Source: a virus. From it: DNA of 64,000 bases. Shown here piece by piece: positions 46,546 to 56,683 of this stretch; positions within the stretch are counted from its first letter, which is position 1; each line of letters begins with the position of its first letter. Under the pieces are notes generated by a model. That model did not search any database, was not told the origin of the DNA, and worked only from the letters and a program-made list of their open reading frames with translations. Both the position numbers and the translations under genes were made by a program. The stretch lies in the IMG/VR virus record IMGVR_UViG_3300033120_001080, positions 37,232 through 101,231 of that record; one strand, written 5' to 3'.

Positions 46546-48003
46546 ATGACTACTTTTGCCCAAGCCATCAAGAATCAAACCACCAGAACCACCAACGGAA
46601 TGGTGGCCCTGCATACCACCGCCAATGCCTGCATGGATTTGTTCTTCGCCATCGGGGCCAGTAGAGGTCGCGACATCATTCCCAAGTTTGTGGCTGCCTA
46701 TGTGGAACATCCTGAGTATGCTCTGCGAATTGCACAATATGCTCGCGATATTCGCGACGGCATGGGTGAGCGTGAGATATTCCGACAGATCCTGCAATAT
46801 TTGGAAATCAATGATGTGGAATCGGCCAAGAAGCTAATGCTCAAGATACCCAATCTGGGTAGATGGGATGATTTACTGGTGGTTACGACCACGGAATTGC
46901 AGGAGCTGGCGTTCAGCATGATCAACACGGCCATCGTCGATGCGCAGAAGGCATTGGCTGACCTCAACTACACCCAGGATAGATTTGAAAAAATCTCCGC
47001 CGGGCGCCTGGCGGCCAAGTGGTGCCCCAGAAAGGGCAAAGTTGCTGATAAGTTCAGAAAATTTCTTAAATTAACTCCCAAGCAGTATCGTAGGATGATA
47101 GTGGACATGACGCAGGTGGTTGAGCAACAGATGTGTACCCGTGACTGGGACCGTATCAATTTTAGCTCGGTACCTAGCATGGCTTCCAGGAGATACGCCA
47201 GCGCATTCTCCAGGCACACCAAAAATTTCAGTGAGTACGTGGCAAAGTTGAAATCTCGTGACGGGTCGGCCAAAGTCAATGCCGGAGCCATTTACCCCTA
47301 TGAGATCATCGCCGCGCTGCAGCACAGTGCCGATGCCAACGTCATTGACCACGCCATTGCTCAATGGGACGCGTTGCCCGACTTGGTGGGTGACCATAAA
47401 ATCTTACCCATGTTGGATGTCAGTGGTTCCATGTTATCTCCAATACTCGGTGGCAACGATGCCACGTGCCTGGATGTGGCAGTGTCACTGGGAATCTACT
47501 TGAGTGATCGCAACACCGGAGTATTCAAGGACGTATTCTTGACTTTTTCCGAACAGCCTGAATTCGTCACTGTGTCTGGTAACATCAAACAAAAAATGGA
47601 TCAAATGAACGGCAGCCGCTGGGGACTCAATACTGACCTCCAGTCAGCTCTGGGCAAGATATTGCAGCTGGCTGTGGATCATCGTATCCCCGCTGATGAG
47701 ATGCCGGAAGTATTGTTGATTCTCACGGACCTTCAGTTCGATCAGTGCACTGATGCGGACACGACGGCCATAGAGATGATACGGCAGCAATACACCACGT
47801 CTGGGTATGCTGTGCCTAATGTGGTGTTCTGGAATCTCAACGCCAAGGACAACGTGCCAGTTCGGGCCACTGAGCAGGGTGTGGCCTTGGTCAGTGGATT
47901 CAGCCCCAACATCATGACTTGGATTCTAAAATCAGATCCTCAGAAATTCACTCCCGAAGGTGTGATGTTGACAGCTATACTGCAAGACAAGTATGACCTA
48001 TAA
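46546..48003 (+). CDS. DUF2828 / TROVE(Ro60)-like VWA-domain protein
   Basis: TTNG..CMDLFF, RDIRDGMGER, GRWDDL, AAKWCPR, DVSGSM MIDAS, TDLQFD, VFWNL. Confidence 0.82.
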   Translation: MTTFAQAIKNQTTRTTNGMVALHTTANACMDLFFAIGASRGRDIIPKFVAAYVEHPEYALRIAQYARDIRDGMGEREIFRQILQYLEINDVESAKKLMLKIPNLGRWDDLLVVTTTELQELAFSMINTAIVDAQKALADLNYTQDRFEKISAGRLAAKWCPRKGKVADKFRKFLKLTPKQYRRMIVDMTQVVEQQMCTRDWDRINFSSVPSMASRRYASAFSRHTKNFSEYVAKLKSRDGSAKVNAGAIYPYEIIAALQHSADANVIDHAIAQWDALPDLVGDHKILPMLDVSGSMLSPILGGNDATCLDVAVSLGIYLSDRNTGVFKDVFLTFSEQPEFVTVSGNIKQKMDQMNGSRWGLNTDLQSALGKILQLAVDHRIPADEMPEVLLILTDLQFDQCTDADTTAIEMIRQQYTTSGYAVPNVVFWNLNAKDNVPVRATEQGVALVSGFSPNIMTWILKSDPQKFTPEGVMLTAILQDKYDL

Positions 48004-48122
48004 CATATGAATGCGCTGAGTACCGCTGGGGCTATGCGGCACAAGCGCAGCATGCACTGTGCAGCATGTGTGCGGTGTGCAGCGTCAAAAAGACCTAATC
48101 ACTCATAAAACAGGAACACACA

Positions 48123-49121
48123 ATGGAAGACCATAATACCACCAACATCGGCAGCATGTCTGATGGATATCACACTTTTGACGAACTCTACGAGTTCAGA
48201 AAAGTCTATAATGCAGCATTGTTCAACGAGTGGGCCAATACTGGCAAATACCATGTACACAAATCGCTGTGTCATCACGACGGAGAATTGTGTTTCGGCG
48301 GTGGTTGGTTTATTGTGGTGGCCATGCTGCCTACAGGGCAAATCAGCAATCATTATCAAGTCTCAGACTGGGATTTGTTTCAGATCCCAGCAGAGGACCA
48401 GGCATTGTTTGAATTTGACGGGCACACAGCCAATGACGTGGCCATCAGACTCCGAAACTTTCTTTCTGGAAACTTCCATGATGCCGTCTTTCAGACGAAA
48501 GATTCCGCGGCAGTGAGCGGGTTGTCCCACCATCGACTAACTGTGGTATTGGAAGAAGCAGTAAAATCCCTGCACAAGTGGCGAGAACTCAAAGACCAAG
48601 TGTCACGCACTCTGAACGCCGCTCAAACATTTTACTCTGAGGTCAAAACTCTGGGTCTATCTTTGAATGCAGTTGAGTCTGAAGGATATCTGCGCGGGCT
48701 GTTGGGTGTGTCCCGGCTGATGGATCAAATCAGTGAAGACACTGACCTCTCGAACCTTGAGGATCTGGCGATACCGGCTGCTGGCAATGCCGCTTCATTG
48801 TTGGCGGCAGCCACTGAAATAGAAAACTGGCGACAGCGTGCTTTGATGGCAGAAGCCAAGTTAGCCACCGTGCAGCATCAACACCAAAAACCCAACACCG
48901 CCGATGACGTAGACCATAGTATTGCCGGGTTAGCACACGATGTCAGATACCTGAGAAGTAACATCGAGTCTGAGAAACAGGCAGCCATTGATCGGTATAA
49001 CGAGTTCAGCAACACAGACGGCATCGGCTGTAGTATGATCGAACAAAGCGGTTATGTTCGAGGTCTTGCTTGGGCTCTGGCAGAAGTCATTGACATATTT
49101 TCTCTGGATAACCAAAAATGA
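48123..49121 (+). CDS. Hypothetical protein with N-terminal WDGH-like domain
   Basis: SDGYHTFDELY..HHDGE..GQISNHY..FDGHT. Confidence 0.7.
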   Translation: MEDHNTTNIGSMSDGYHTFDELYEFRKVYNAALFNEWANTGKYHVHKSLCHHDGELCFGGGWFIVVAMLPTGQISNHYQVSDWDLFQIPAEDQALFEFDGHTANDVAIRLRNFLSGNFHDAVFQTKDSAAVSGLSHHRLTVVLEEAVKSLHKWRELKDQVSRTLNAAQTFYSEVKTLGLSLNAVESEGYLRGLLGVSRLMDQISEDTDLSNLEDLAIPAAGNAASLLAAATEIENWRQRALMAEAKLATVQHQHQKPNTADDVDHSIAGLAHDVRYLRSNIESEKQAAIDRYNEFSNTDGIGCSMIEQSGYVRGLAWALAEVIDIFSLDNQK

Positions 49122-49789
49122 ACAAACGCATGGTGGTAGCCAACCCACGAAAAAATCAGCTGGTGAATTCGAGGGCAGCAGACGACGGCCGTGATTATTC
49201 AGAACCCCTCCGACGAGCAGCATTCAAGGGCAACCCCACCAAGGCGATGTTTGCGGTGGTGTCGGTGCTGCTGTTCCTGACCTGTGTCAAATTGCCAGAG
49301 CTGTCGGTAATTCATGAAGCTGGCTCTTTGATTTTTGTGGGATGGTTGTGGTTGTTCGTGACGGTTTCACTGAAATCCGTTCAGGCAGGGCCCGGAGAAT
49401 ACTAAATGACCCAACAGTTCTTAACAGTGGTGTATCAAGTGGATGATGATCATCAGCTACTTAATCAGATCCTGTTATCGGACCATGACTGGGCAGCCAT
49501 CAGCCATAGTCACGCACTGCGCGACAGGGATGCTCTATTAAAAAGAGTGGCCATGTTGGAAAAAGAGAATTCTGAGCTCAAACTCAAGATTTCAGAGGTT
49601 CGTGACGGGCTAGGCATAATCAACCGGGCCATGGGATATCAATACACGTTAACTGGTCCTGAGTTGATTGAAGATATGGAAAGATATCGTCAGCAGGTTG
49701 CATCTACGCCAGAGTCTGCGAGACAGTTTCTCAAGCAACTGGGGGCCATTGACCGTCATGGCCATGTTAAAAATTTAACTGGAGAATAG
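49118..49789 (+). other. Two small hypothetical genes (49118-49405 membrane; 49406-49789)
   Basis: Coupled ORFs. Confidence 0.6.
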
Positions 49790-49960
49790 GTCATTGACTG
49801 TTCCGGAAAAAAAATATAGACTGTGGCCGTCGCTGCCGCCTGAAATTTTATCCAGCGCGCTGCAGGATAGAATACCCACGGCCCCTGCACCATGCAGGGC
49901 GGCCAAAAGTGTTAAAATGCCCAGTGACACACCACCAAGTACACTTAAAAGGAACCCATC

Positions 49961-50446
49961 ATGAAGAACTGGAAAGATTATGTCAAATTCGAGCAGATCT
50001 CCCCCTATACAAGTGAGCCGTCTGTCTTTTTTATGGAAAAAGTAGAAAAGGACCAGCCCCCGGCTGAATCCCAGAATTTTCGATTTAAATTTGAAGTCAC
50101 CGGGAGACCGGTTCCGGATTCCGAGTTCAAGTACGATCAACATCAAATAGGCGACGCTGTGGAGCAAGCCATCAGCGAGTTTCCAGTCTTTGAAGTCCAG
50201 GAATATCCAGGAGAGTCAGACGTGGATCGAGAAAATTGGAACCATGTTCAGAAAAAAAGAGTCGAAAACAAAATTGCTGCGAATTCCAGGCGAGGTGCCG
50301 GCAATACCTGGTTCGGGGACTGCGCATTCTACTTCGGAGGTCAATCCTTCGATTGCCCCATAGTGGTTTATGAACGCGAAGGCAAGTTTGCTCTGTGCAA
50401 ACATCCAAATTTCAGTAGCTATGGACTCAAGATGGTGACTGTGTGA
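49961..50446 (+). CDS. Hypothetical protein with a gp23 capsid-like motif
   Basis: ENKIAANSRRGAGN. Confidence 0.65.
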   Translation: MKNWKDYVKFEQISPYTSEPSVFFMEKVEKDQPPAESQNFRFKFEVTGRPVPDSEFKYDQHQIGDAVEQAISEFPVFEVQEYPGESDVDRENWNHVQKKRVENKIAANSRRGAGNTWFGDCAFYFGGQSFDCPIVVYEREGKFALCKHPNFSSYGLKMVTV

Positions 50447-50517
50447 CCTCTGGCCAGGGTTGATCTCGTTCTGAATTATCGTTAAAATAAATCTGTTACT
50501 GTAAAAGATACTAGAAA

Positions 50518-51147
50518 ATGAGAATCAAATATCCCAGAACCATACATGTGCCATCATCTCCCGGTGCCACCAGCGACGATCGAATTTTGTCGTCACTGTC
50601 CCATTTTCAGGGTAAAACAGTGGTGGTCACCGAAAAGGTGGATGGTGAAAACACCACCTTGTATCGAGATGGGTTCCATGCCAGGAGCATTGACAGCAGG
50701 CATCACCCATCTCGTGATTGGGTGGCTGGGTTCCATGCAGGCATGTGCTGGGATATTCCTGAGAATTGGCGGATCTGCGGAGAGAACCTCTACGCCATGC
50801 ACTCGATCCAATATTCATCATTGCCCAGTTTTTTTCTGGGGTTCTCAGTCTGGGATCAGAATAATCAGTGTCAGTCATGGAACGATACAGTGGAATTTTT
50901 TGATCTGCTGGGCATCACAGCGGTGCCCCTGATATATCAGGGGCCATTTACCCCAGACCTAGTGGACTTGTTGGTTGACAACCTTGACCTCAACACCACC
51001 GAGGGATTGGTGATGCGCCTAGCGGATTCGTTCAACTATGACGATTTTGAAAAGTCAGTGGCCAAATGGGTTCGACCCCATCATGTGACCACTGACCAGC
51101 ATTGGATGCACCGCACCGTGATTCCCAATAAGCTCGGAAGTCGTTGA
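50518..51147 (+). CDS. RNA ligase family protein
   Basis: KYPRT.H, TEKVDGEN (motif I), GEN, EGLV, AKWV. Confidence 0.87.
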   Translation: MRIKYPRTIHVPSSPGATSDDRILSSLSHFQGKTVVVTEKVDGENTTLYRDGFHARSIDSRHHPSRDWVAGFHAGMCWDIPENWRICGENLYAMHSIQYSSLPSFFLGFSVWDQNNQCQSWNDTVEFFDLLGITAVPLIYQGPFTPDLVDLLVDNLDLNTTEGLVMRLADSFNYDDFEKSVAKWVRPHHVTTDQHWMHRTVIPNKLGSR

Positions 51148-51166
51148 CTTTTTCAGAGGAGAAAAA

Positions 51167-51478
51167 ATGTCCAGAATGTTTAACCTAGTACCGCCCACTG
51201 CACAAGAAATTCAGGCCAGGACCACAGCTGAAAGCTTGGTGATACTCTACCGATCGCTGCATATCAAATGCCCAGTTTCGTATGCTCAGGCAGCCAATAA
51301 TCACTACGGGGATGTTGACCTGTTGCCAGATATGAGTACAAAACTTCACAACATTTTGTCTCATTTGAAAGCACACAGTCCGGGGCTGTTTCACCAGATC
51401 GTGTACCGCAACACTGCATCGTCAAGAAAATTGGCCAGTTGGTGGAATTCCCACAGTCAGTTGGCGGGGACTCAATGA
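51167..51478 (+). CDS. Hypothetical protein
   Basis: GAGGAG RBS. Confidence 0.7.
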   Translation: MSRMFNLVPPTAQEIQARTTAESLVILYRSLHIKCPVSYAQAANNHYGDVDLLPDMSTKLHNILSHLKAHSPGLFHQIVYRNTASSRKLASWWNSHSQLAGTQ

Positions 51479-51825
51479 GTACCAACATCGTAATTGAGTC
51501 TCGACGAGTCGAGACTTTTTACAGAAAAGACGGATCGGTGGGGTCAAAAACCAACATCGAATATTTCGATGTATTTCAAACATCGACCATAGACACTGCA
51601 GCGATACTGGCTGACCCTGACCCCATGGCAGCCTACATCAGATACGTGCTGGGTCAGGGTGAGGATCTCCAGTCTCCGATATACGACGAAGACGACTGGT
51701 TTGGTGAAGGAGACCCAGTGGGATATTTGGCTGTCAACGAGGCCAAAGATCACGTCAGCAGATTACAATCCTGGGTTCAACATCAAGACCAGGAAGGGTT
51801 TGAGATTCAGATCAAGTGTTGGTGA
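51475..51825 (+). CDS. Hypothetical protein (paralog of 30343)
   Basis: MSTNI...FQTSTIDT..I...DP..AY. Confidence 0.7.
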   Translation: MSTNIVIESRRVETFYRKDGSVGSKTNIEYFDVFQTSTIDTAAILADPDPMAAYIRYVLGQGEDLQSPIYDEDDWFGEGDPVGYLAVNEAKDHVSRLQSWVQHQDQEGFEIQIKCW

Positions 51826-51830
51826 CCCAG

Positions 51831-52202
51831 ATGAAAATGTACATTGCTGTTCTGGATGAATTTCCAGATTACATGACACCCACATTGGTGGCGCATTCAG
51901 TGTTGGCTGCGCATCTGTTGTTTCAACACAACGAAGATTACAATACCTGGCTGACACAGTCTTTTAAAAAGTGTGTGGTACGTGTTAATCAGAAAGAATT
52001 CGACCGAATTGCGGCCTTACCAGACGTGCATCTTGGACACGAACTTCACACTCTAGATGGTAAAAAATCCTGTGCAGTGGTCATGCCCAGACTGCAAATC
52101 CCCAACGTTTTGAAGTTTGCCAAACTCTGGTCTCCCATCAACAAAGATCAACAATTATTGATGCAAGAGTCATTGACCGAAACAGATTCTGGCAATAAAT
52201 AA
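51831..52202 (+). CDS. Pth2-like peptidyl-tRNA hydrolase
   Basis: KMYIAV...VAHSVL...W...FKKCVVRV. Confidence 0.6.
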   Translation: MKMYIAVLDEFPDYMTPTLVAHSVLAAHLLFQHNEDYNTWLTQSFKKCVVRVNQKEFDRIAALPDVHLGHELHTLDGKKSCAVVMPRLQIPNVLKFAKLWSPINKDQQLLMQESLTETDSGNK

Positions 52203-52216
52203 CCAAAGATACGCTG

Positions 52217-52245
52217 TTGACTTTAGCAGGTCAACAGCGTATAAT
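52217..52245 (+). promoter_or_regulatory. Sigma70-like promoter
   Basis: TTGACT-N17-TATAAT. Confidence 0.7.
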
Positions 52246-52481
52246 AATTTATACTTTGGGTATGCTCATGACTCCGATCATAAAAACACTGGCTGCACAA
52301 GCAGGACTGACTGCTCAAGCATCAGAAGTTGAGAAATTCACTAATCTGGTTCTGGAATATTCCATCGGGTTATTGGATTCTCATGCACATCAGCTGAGAA
52401 AATATAACTTCTACACCAATGCAGTCACAGCTGAAACCTGCGCGGGAATTTTGCGAGAATATTTGAAACAAGGAACTCTTG

Positions 52482-53339
52482 ATGAAAATCGCAGTATGGA
52501 GTGATCTGCATCTAGAGTTCAGCCAACTAGAACAGATCACAAACCAGCACAATGCGGATGTTTTGTTGCTGGCTGGTGACATCACGGTGGCCCACGCACT
52601 GCATCTGCATCCCAGGGAAAAAATCCAAGCATTCCAGGGACCAGAATATGGGCCAGTGCAGCAAGTGGCAGTGAACACCAGAGATTTCTTCGATCAAGTA
52701 TCACAGTTGTACGATCAAGTTCTGTACTGTCCAGGCAACCACGAGTTCTACAATGGGTTTTTCTACAAGTCCATAGATCATCTGCGCGCTGAATGCCAAT
52801 CATGGCCCAACCTCCATTTCATGGAAAACGCTGTGTTTGAACATCAGGGAGTGGTGTTCGTTGGGGCCACTCTGTGGACTGACCTGGATCGCATGAACCC
52901 CGTCACTGAGTACAATGTTGGTAGAATTATGTCTGATTACACCAGAATCAGAAATGACCGCAGGAACTACTCTAAAATTCGACCCATTGACACAGCCATG
53001 CGGCATACGGAAACCGTGGAGTTTATCCGTAATGAATTGGCTGCAGCACGCACGCTGGGCAAACCCGTGGTGATGATGACTCATCATGCGCCGTGTTCAC
53101 TCAGTGTTGCACCATGCTTCAAGGACAACGGCGACCAAATAAACGGAGCATACTACAGCGATCTCAGCGAATTGATTTTGGACAACGAGCACATTGCTCT
53201 GTGGGCCCACGGGCACATGCACAGCAAATCCGATTATGTCATAGGTAGTACGCGGGTTATCTGTAATCCTCGCGGATACCATGATGATTACCAAAGCCAG
53301 CACACTGGCTGGGACCAACACCTGGTGATTGAAATTTAA
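52482..53339 (+). CDS. Metallophosphoesterase
   Basis: SDLHLE, AGD, GNHE, THHAP, HGHMH, CNPRGY. Confidence 0.9.
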   Translation: MKIAVWSDLHLEFSQLEQITNQHNADVLLLAGDITVAHALHLHPREKIQAFQGPEYGPVQQVAVNTRDFFDQVSQLYDQVLYCPGNHEFYNGFFYKSIDHLRAECQSWPNLHFMENAVFEHQGVVFVGATLWTDLDRMNPVTEYNVGRIMSDYTRIRNDRRNYSKIRPIDTAMRHTETVEFIRNELAAARTLGKPVVMMTHHAPCSLSVAPCFKDNGDQINGAYYSDLSELILDNEHIALWAHGHMHSKSDYVIGSTRVICNPRGYHDDYQSQHTGWDQHLVIEI

Positions 53340-53362
53340 CTGTCCTCAAAGGAAAAACACCC

Positions 53363-53944
53363 ATGTCATATCTAGTACCTATGGTCATCGACTCCACTCC
53401 CCGCGGCGAACAGGCCATGGACATCTGGTCACGCTTGCTCAAGGATCGCATCATCATGCTGACCACCAAGGTCAGTGAAGAAACCGCCAGCGTGATTGTG
53501 GCACAACTATTGTTCCTGGAAAGTCAAGGTCCTGAGGATATCTATTTTTACATCAATTCGCCTGGTGGCAGCGTCACTGCTGGGTTGTCGATCTTGGACA
53601 CCATGCACTTCATCAAGCCAGATGTTTCTACCATAGTCACTGGCCAGGCGGCCAGTATGGGTAGTTTGCTGGCTGCAGCCGGTACCAAGGGCAAGCGGTT
53701 GATTCTTCCGCATGCCATGCATATGATTCATCAAGTGCGATCTGGATTTGAGGGCTCTGCACCGGATCTCAGAGTTTCCTACGAGGAAACCATGAGACTC
53801 AATAACATGATGATTCAGCTGTATGTTGATGCCACTGGGCAAGACTACCATCAACTGGAATCTGACATGAGTCGCGATCGTTTCATGAGTGCTGAAGACT
53901 CAGTGCGGTATGGGCTGGCCGATCGCATCATCAACAAGAGGTAA
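53363..53944 (+). CDS. clpP: ClpP protease proteolytic subunit
   Basis: SRLLKDRII, INSPGG, AASMG (Ser), MIHQ (His), RDRFMS (Asp). Confidence 0.95.
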   Translation: MSYLVPMVIDSTPRGEQAMDIWSRLLKDRIIMLTTKVSEETASVIVAQLLFLESQGPEDIYFYINSPGGSVTAGLSILDTMHFIKPDVSTIVTGQAASMGSLLAAAGTKGKRLILPHAMHMIHQVRSGFEGSAPDLRVSYEETMRLNNMMIQLYVDATGQDYHQLESDMSRDRFMSAEDSVRYGLADRIINKR

Positions 53945-55359
53945 TGGTTATGGAAAAACCCTGGATCATTCTGCAAAAAATTGCCGCCGACAGCTCGCGT
54001 CTGGCCAAAGAACAATTGATCAGACAACAGGCTCAGGCCAAACACGCCGAATTTTTCAATGGATTGACTCTGGCATACTCGTCCACTGTGACCTTTGGAG
54101 TCAAGCAGTTGCCGGAGAGATGTGGCTCCCCTGGCCCCGGTGTTAGCTGGCAGCAGTTCCAACAGTTGGCTGATCAGCTGCGCACCAGGAAACTCACTGG
54201 GTATGCCGCCAGAGACGCCGTCGTCAACTTCGCCGGTCAGTGCACCAACGAAGAGTACAATGGGTGGTATCGACTGATTCTGATGAAAGATCTCAAAGCT
54301 GATTTCAGTGAGACCACTGTGAATCGCGTGTGTAAGAAAGACTTTCCAGAGTACGTGATTCCGGTATTCACCTGCCAGTTGGCCACAGATTGTGTGGACG
54401 ATGATGGCATGGTTGATGAGTCTTTGCTGCATGGCCGACGACAGATCGACACCAAACTCGATGGCATTCGTGTGCTGTCAGTGGTGTACCCTGATAAAAT
54501 TGTGGATCAGTTTTCCAGAAACGGCAAAGAACTGCTGAACTTTACCGTGATCAAATCTCAGCTGGCTGAGGTGTCTGGGCATTTCACTGAGCCCATGGTG
54601 TTGGATGGTGAAGTGACATCCAAAAATTTCCAGGATCTCATGAAGCAGGCTCGCAGAAAATCCGACGTGCAGGCCGATGATTCAGTGTTGAACCTGTTTG
54701 ACATGATCCCCCTGAAAGATTTCATGACCGGGCGGTACGATGTCAAACAATCAGTGAGGTCTGAACGACTGAAAATGTGGTACGGTGCGATGCAGCAACA
54801 TTTGCCCAACGTATCGTTGCTGTCCTACGAAGAGGTTGATCTCAGCACTGTGGCCGGCAGGCAGCGTCTTGATGAAATCAACAAGCTGGCGTTGGCTGTC
54901 AAAGCCGAGGGCATCATGCTCAAGGATCCCAATGCTCCCTACGAGTGCACCAGGTCCAAAAATTGGCTGAAGATGAAGCCCTTCATCGAAGTATCGCTGG
55001 TGGTGGAGTCAGTGGAAGAAGGCAAACCTGACAGCAAATTTGTGGGCACCATGGGCGCACTGGTTTGCACTGGCACAGTTGAAGGCAAATCAGTGCGTGT
55101 CAACGTCGGCAGTGGCTTCAGTATCAAACAGCGTGCCCAGATCTGGGCCGACTATATCAAACAGCCGGTGTCCTGGAGTCAGAAAGTCAAAGGACGGTCC
55201 CAGACGTATGTGGAGAACCCGCAGGGCGGATCAGTGGTGGGGCAGATTGTTGAGGTCAGAGCTGACTGTTTGACCAAGAGCACTGACCGCGACGAGTGGT
55301 CTCTGAGGTTCCCCAGGTTTAAAACCTTCCGTGGATTTGCCGCTGGTGAACAACTGTAA
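53944..55359 (+). CDS. lig: ATP-dependent DNA ligase
   Basis: KLDGIR, LDGE, EGIMLK, WLKMKP, SLRFPRF. Confidence 0.93.
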   Translation: MVMEKPWIILQKIAADSSRLAKEQLIRQQAQAKHAEFFNGLTLAYSSTVTFGVKQLPERCGSPGPGVSWQQFQQLADQLRTRKLTGYAARDAVVNFAGQCTNEEYNGWYRLILMKDLKADFSETTVNRVCKKDFPEYVIPVFTCQLATDCVDDDGMVDESLLHGRRQIDTKLDGIRVLSVVYPDKIVDQFSRNGKELLNFTVIKSQLAEVSGHFTEPMVLDGEVTSKNFQDLMKQARRKSDVQADDSVLNLFDMIPLKDFMTGRYDVKQSVRSERLKMWYGAMQQHLPNVSLLSYEEVDLSTVAGRQRLDEINKLALAVKAEGIMLKDPNAPYECTRSKNWLKMKPFIEVSLVVESVEEGKPDSKFVGTMGALVCTGTVEGKSVRVNVGSGFSIKQRAQIWADYIKQPVSWSQKVKGRSQTYVENPQGGSVVGQIVEVRADCLTKSTDRDEWSLRFPRFKTFRGFAAGEQL

Positions 55360-55467
55360 TTGATGATCTCGATTATGTAAAATGGACAATCATAGATTGT
55401 CCATTTTTTTAAGCTTTGACCTCTAGTGAAAAAAATCACATAATTAAGAAGTCAACGAGGAACAACC

Positions 55468-56673
55468 ATGGCTAGGATCACAAAAAAAGCTCCGCCGAAA
55501 AAAATCAGAATCACTGCGGCTCAGGTGGCAGCGCAGCGGGACCGGTCGAAAAGAGACATGTCCCCCAAGTGGGACGGCAGCGAGACCTGGACTGCAGCAC
55601 AGTTTGCCCGCGCATTCTATGATGCCATGCAATACTACGGTGTGGAATACAACGCCAAAGCATCCAAAACTCAGGTCATCAGATGGATGATGTCCAAAGA
55701 GTTGCCCAAAGCTCAGGTGGCTGATTACAAGAAAACCAAAGACTGGCGTACCAGCACCACCATGGGTGGCATTGCGGCATGCTTGCTCAAAGGCATGCCG
55801 CCGATCAAGGCAGGATTCAACAAAGATCGAGATTCATCAGTTTGGTTGATGGCTGCCATCAACAAAGTCATCCGCGAGGGCAAGCTGGATATCGACGACG
55901 ATGCCCCCAAAGATCAGCGTCAGGTGTCGGGGTCCATACAGGACCGCACCAAAGACCTAGCCTATGCCATGACCGATGACATCGAGGACGCATACGAATT
56001 ATATCAACTCACACCTGATAAATTCAATCCCGATGAAGTCAAGGTGTTTCCCATGCTCAAAAGCAAAGGTGCCAAGCCAGCACATGCCAGGATCATCAAG
56101 GAGTTTTATCAACCTGACCTTGATGAACTAACTGAACTGGCCAGCGGGGCTGCGGACCCTCAACTCAAAGAAGCATATCGGCATCGTCCCAGAAAATACA
56201 TCCGAAATCTCATCACTTTCCTGACCGATATTCGTGATGCATGCAACATGCTGTCAGAAGAAGCCAAGGTCGAAAGAAAACCCAGAACTCCCAAACCAGT
56301 GAGTAATGAAAAGTTGGTGGAAAAACTGGTGTATCATCGCCAGAACGAGGCATTGAAACTGGTATCGATAAATCCCATAGACATCATCGGTGCCACTGAG
56401 TTGTGGTGCTATAATGTCAAAACCAGAAAAATTGGCAAATACATTGCCGCCAATGGGCAGACTCTGACCATCAAAGGTAGTTCGATACTGGGATACGACG
56501 AAGCAGCCAGCATCCAGAAAACCCTGCGCAAACCTGCCGAGCAATTGGCGGCGTTTAAGTCAGCCAACAAGGTGACCTTGCGAAAGTTTCTGGATAACAT
56601 CGGCACTGTGGACACCAAACTCACTGGGCGAATCAACATTGAAATCGTGTTGCTCAAAGCAATAAAACCATAA
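55468..56673 (+). CDS. Phage hypothetical protein
   Basis: 401 aa; SINPIDIIGA..YNVKTRK..KTLRKP..GRIN. Confidence 0.8.
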   Translation: MARITKKAPPKKIRITAAQVAAQRDRSKRDMSPKWDGSETWTAAQFARAFYDAMQYYGVEYNAKASKTQVIRWMMSKELPKAQVADYKKTKDWRTSTTMGGIAACLLKGMPPIKAGFNKDRDSSVWLMAAINKVIREGKLDIDDDAPKDQRQVSGSIQDRTKDLAYAMTDDIEDAYELYQLTPDKFNPDEVKVFPMLKSKGAKPAHARIIKEFYQPDLDELTELASGAADPQLKEAYRHRPRKYIRNLITFLTDIRDACNMLSEEAKVERKPRTPKPVSNEKLVEKLVYHRQNEALKLVSINPIDIIGATELWCYNVKTRKIGKYIAANGQTLTIKGSSILGYDEAASIQKTLRKPAEQLAAFKSANKVTLRKFLDNIGTVDTKLTGRINIEIVLLKAIKP

Positions 56674-56683
56674 AGGATGATTC

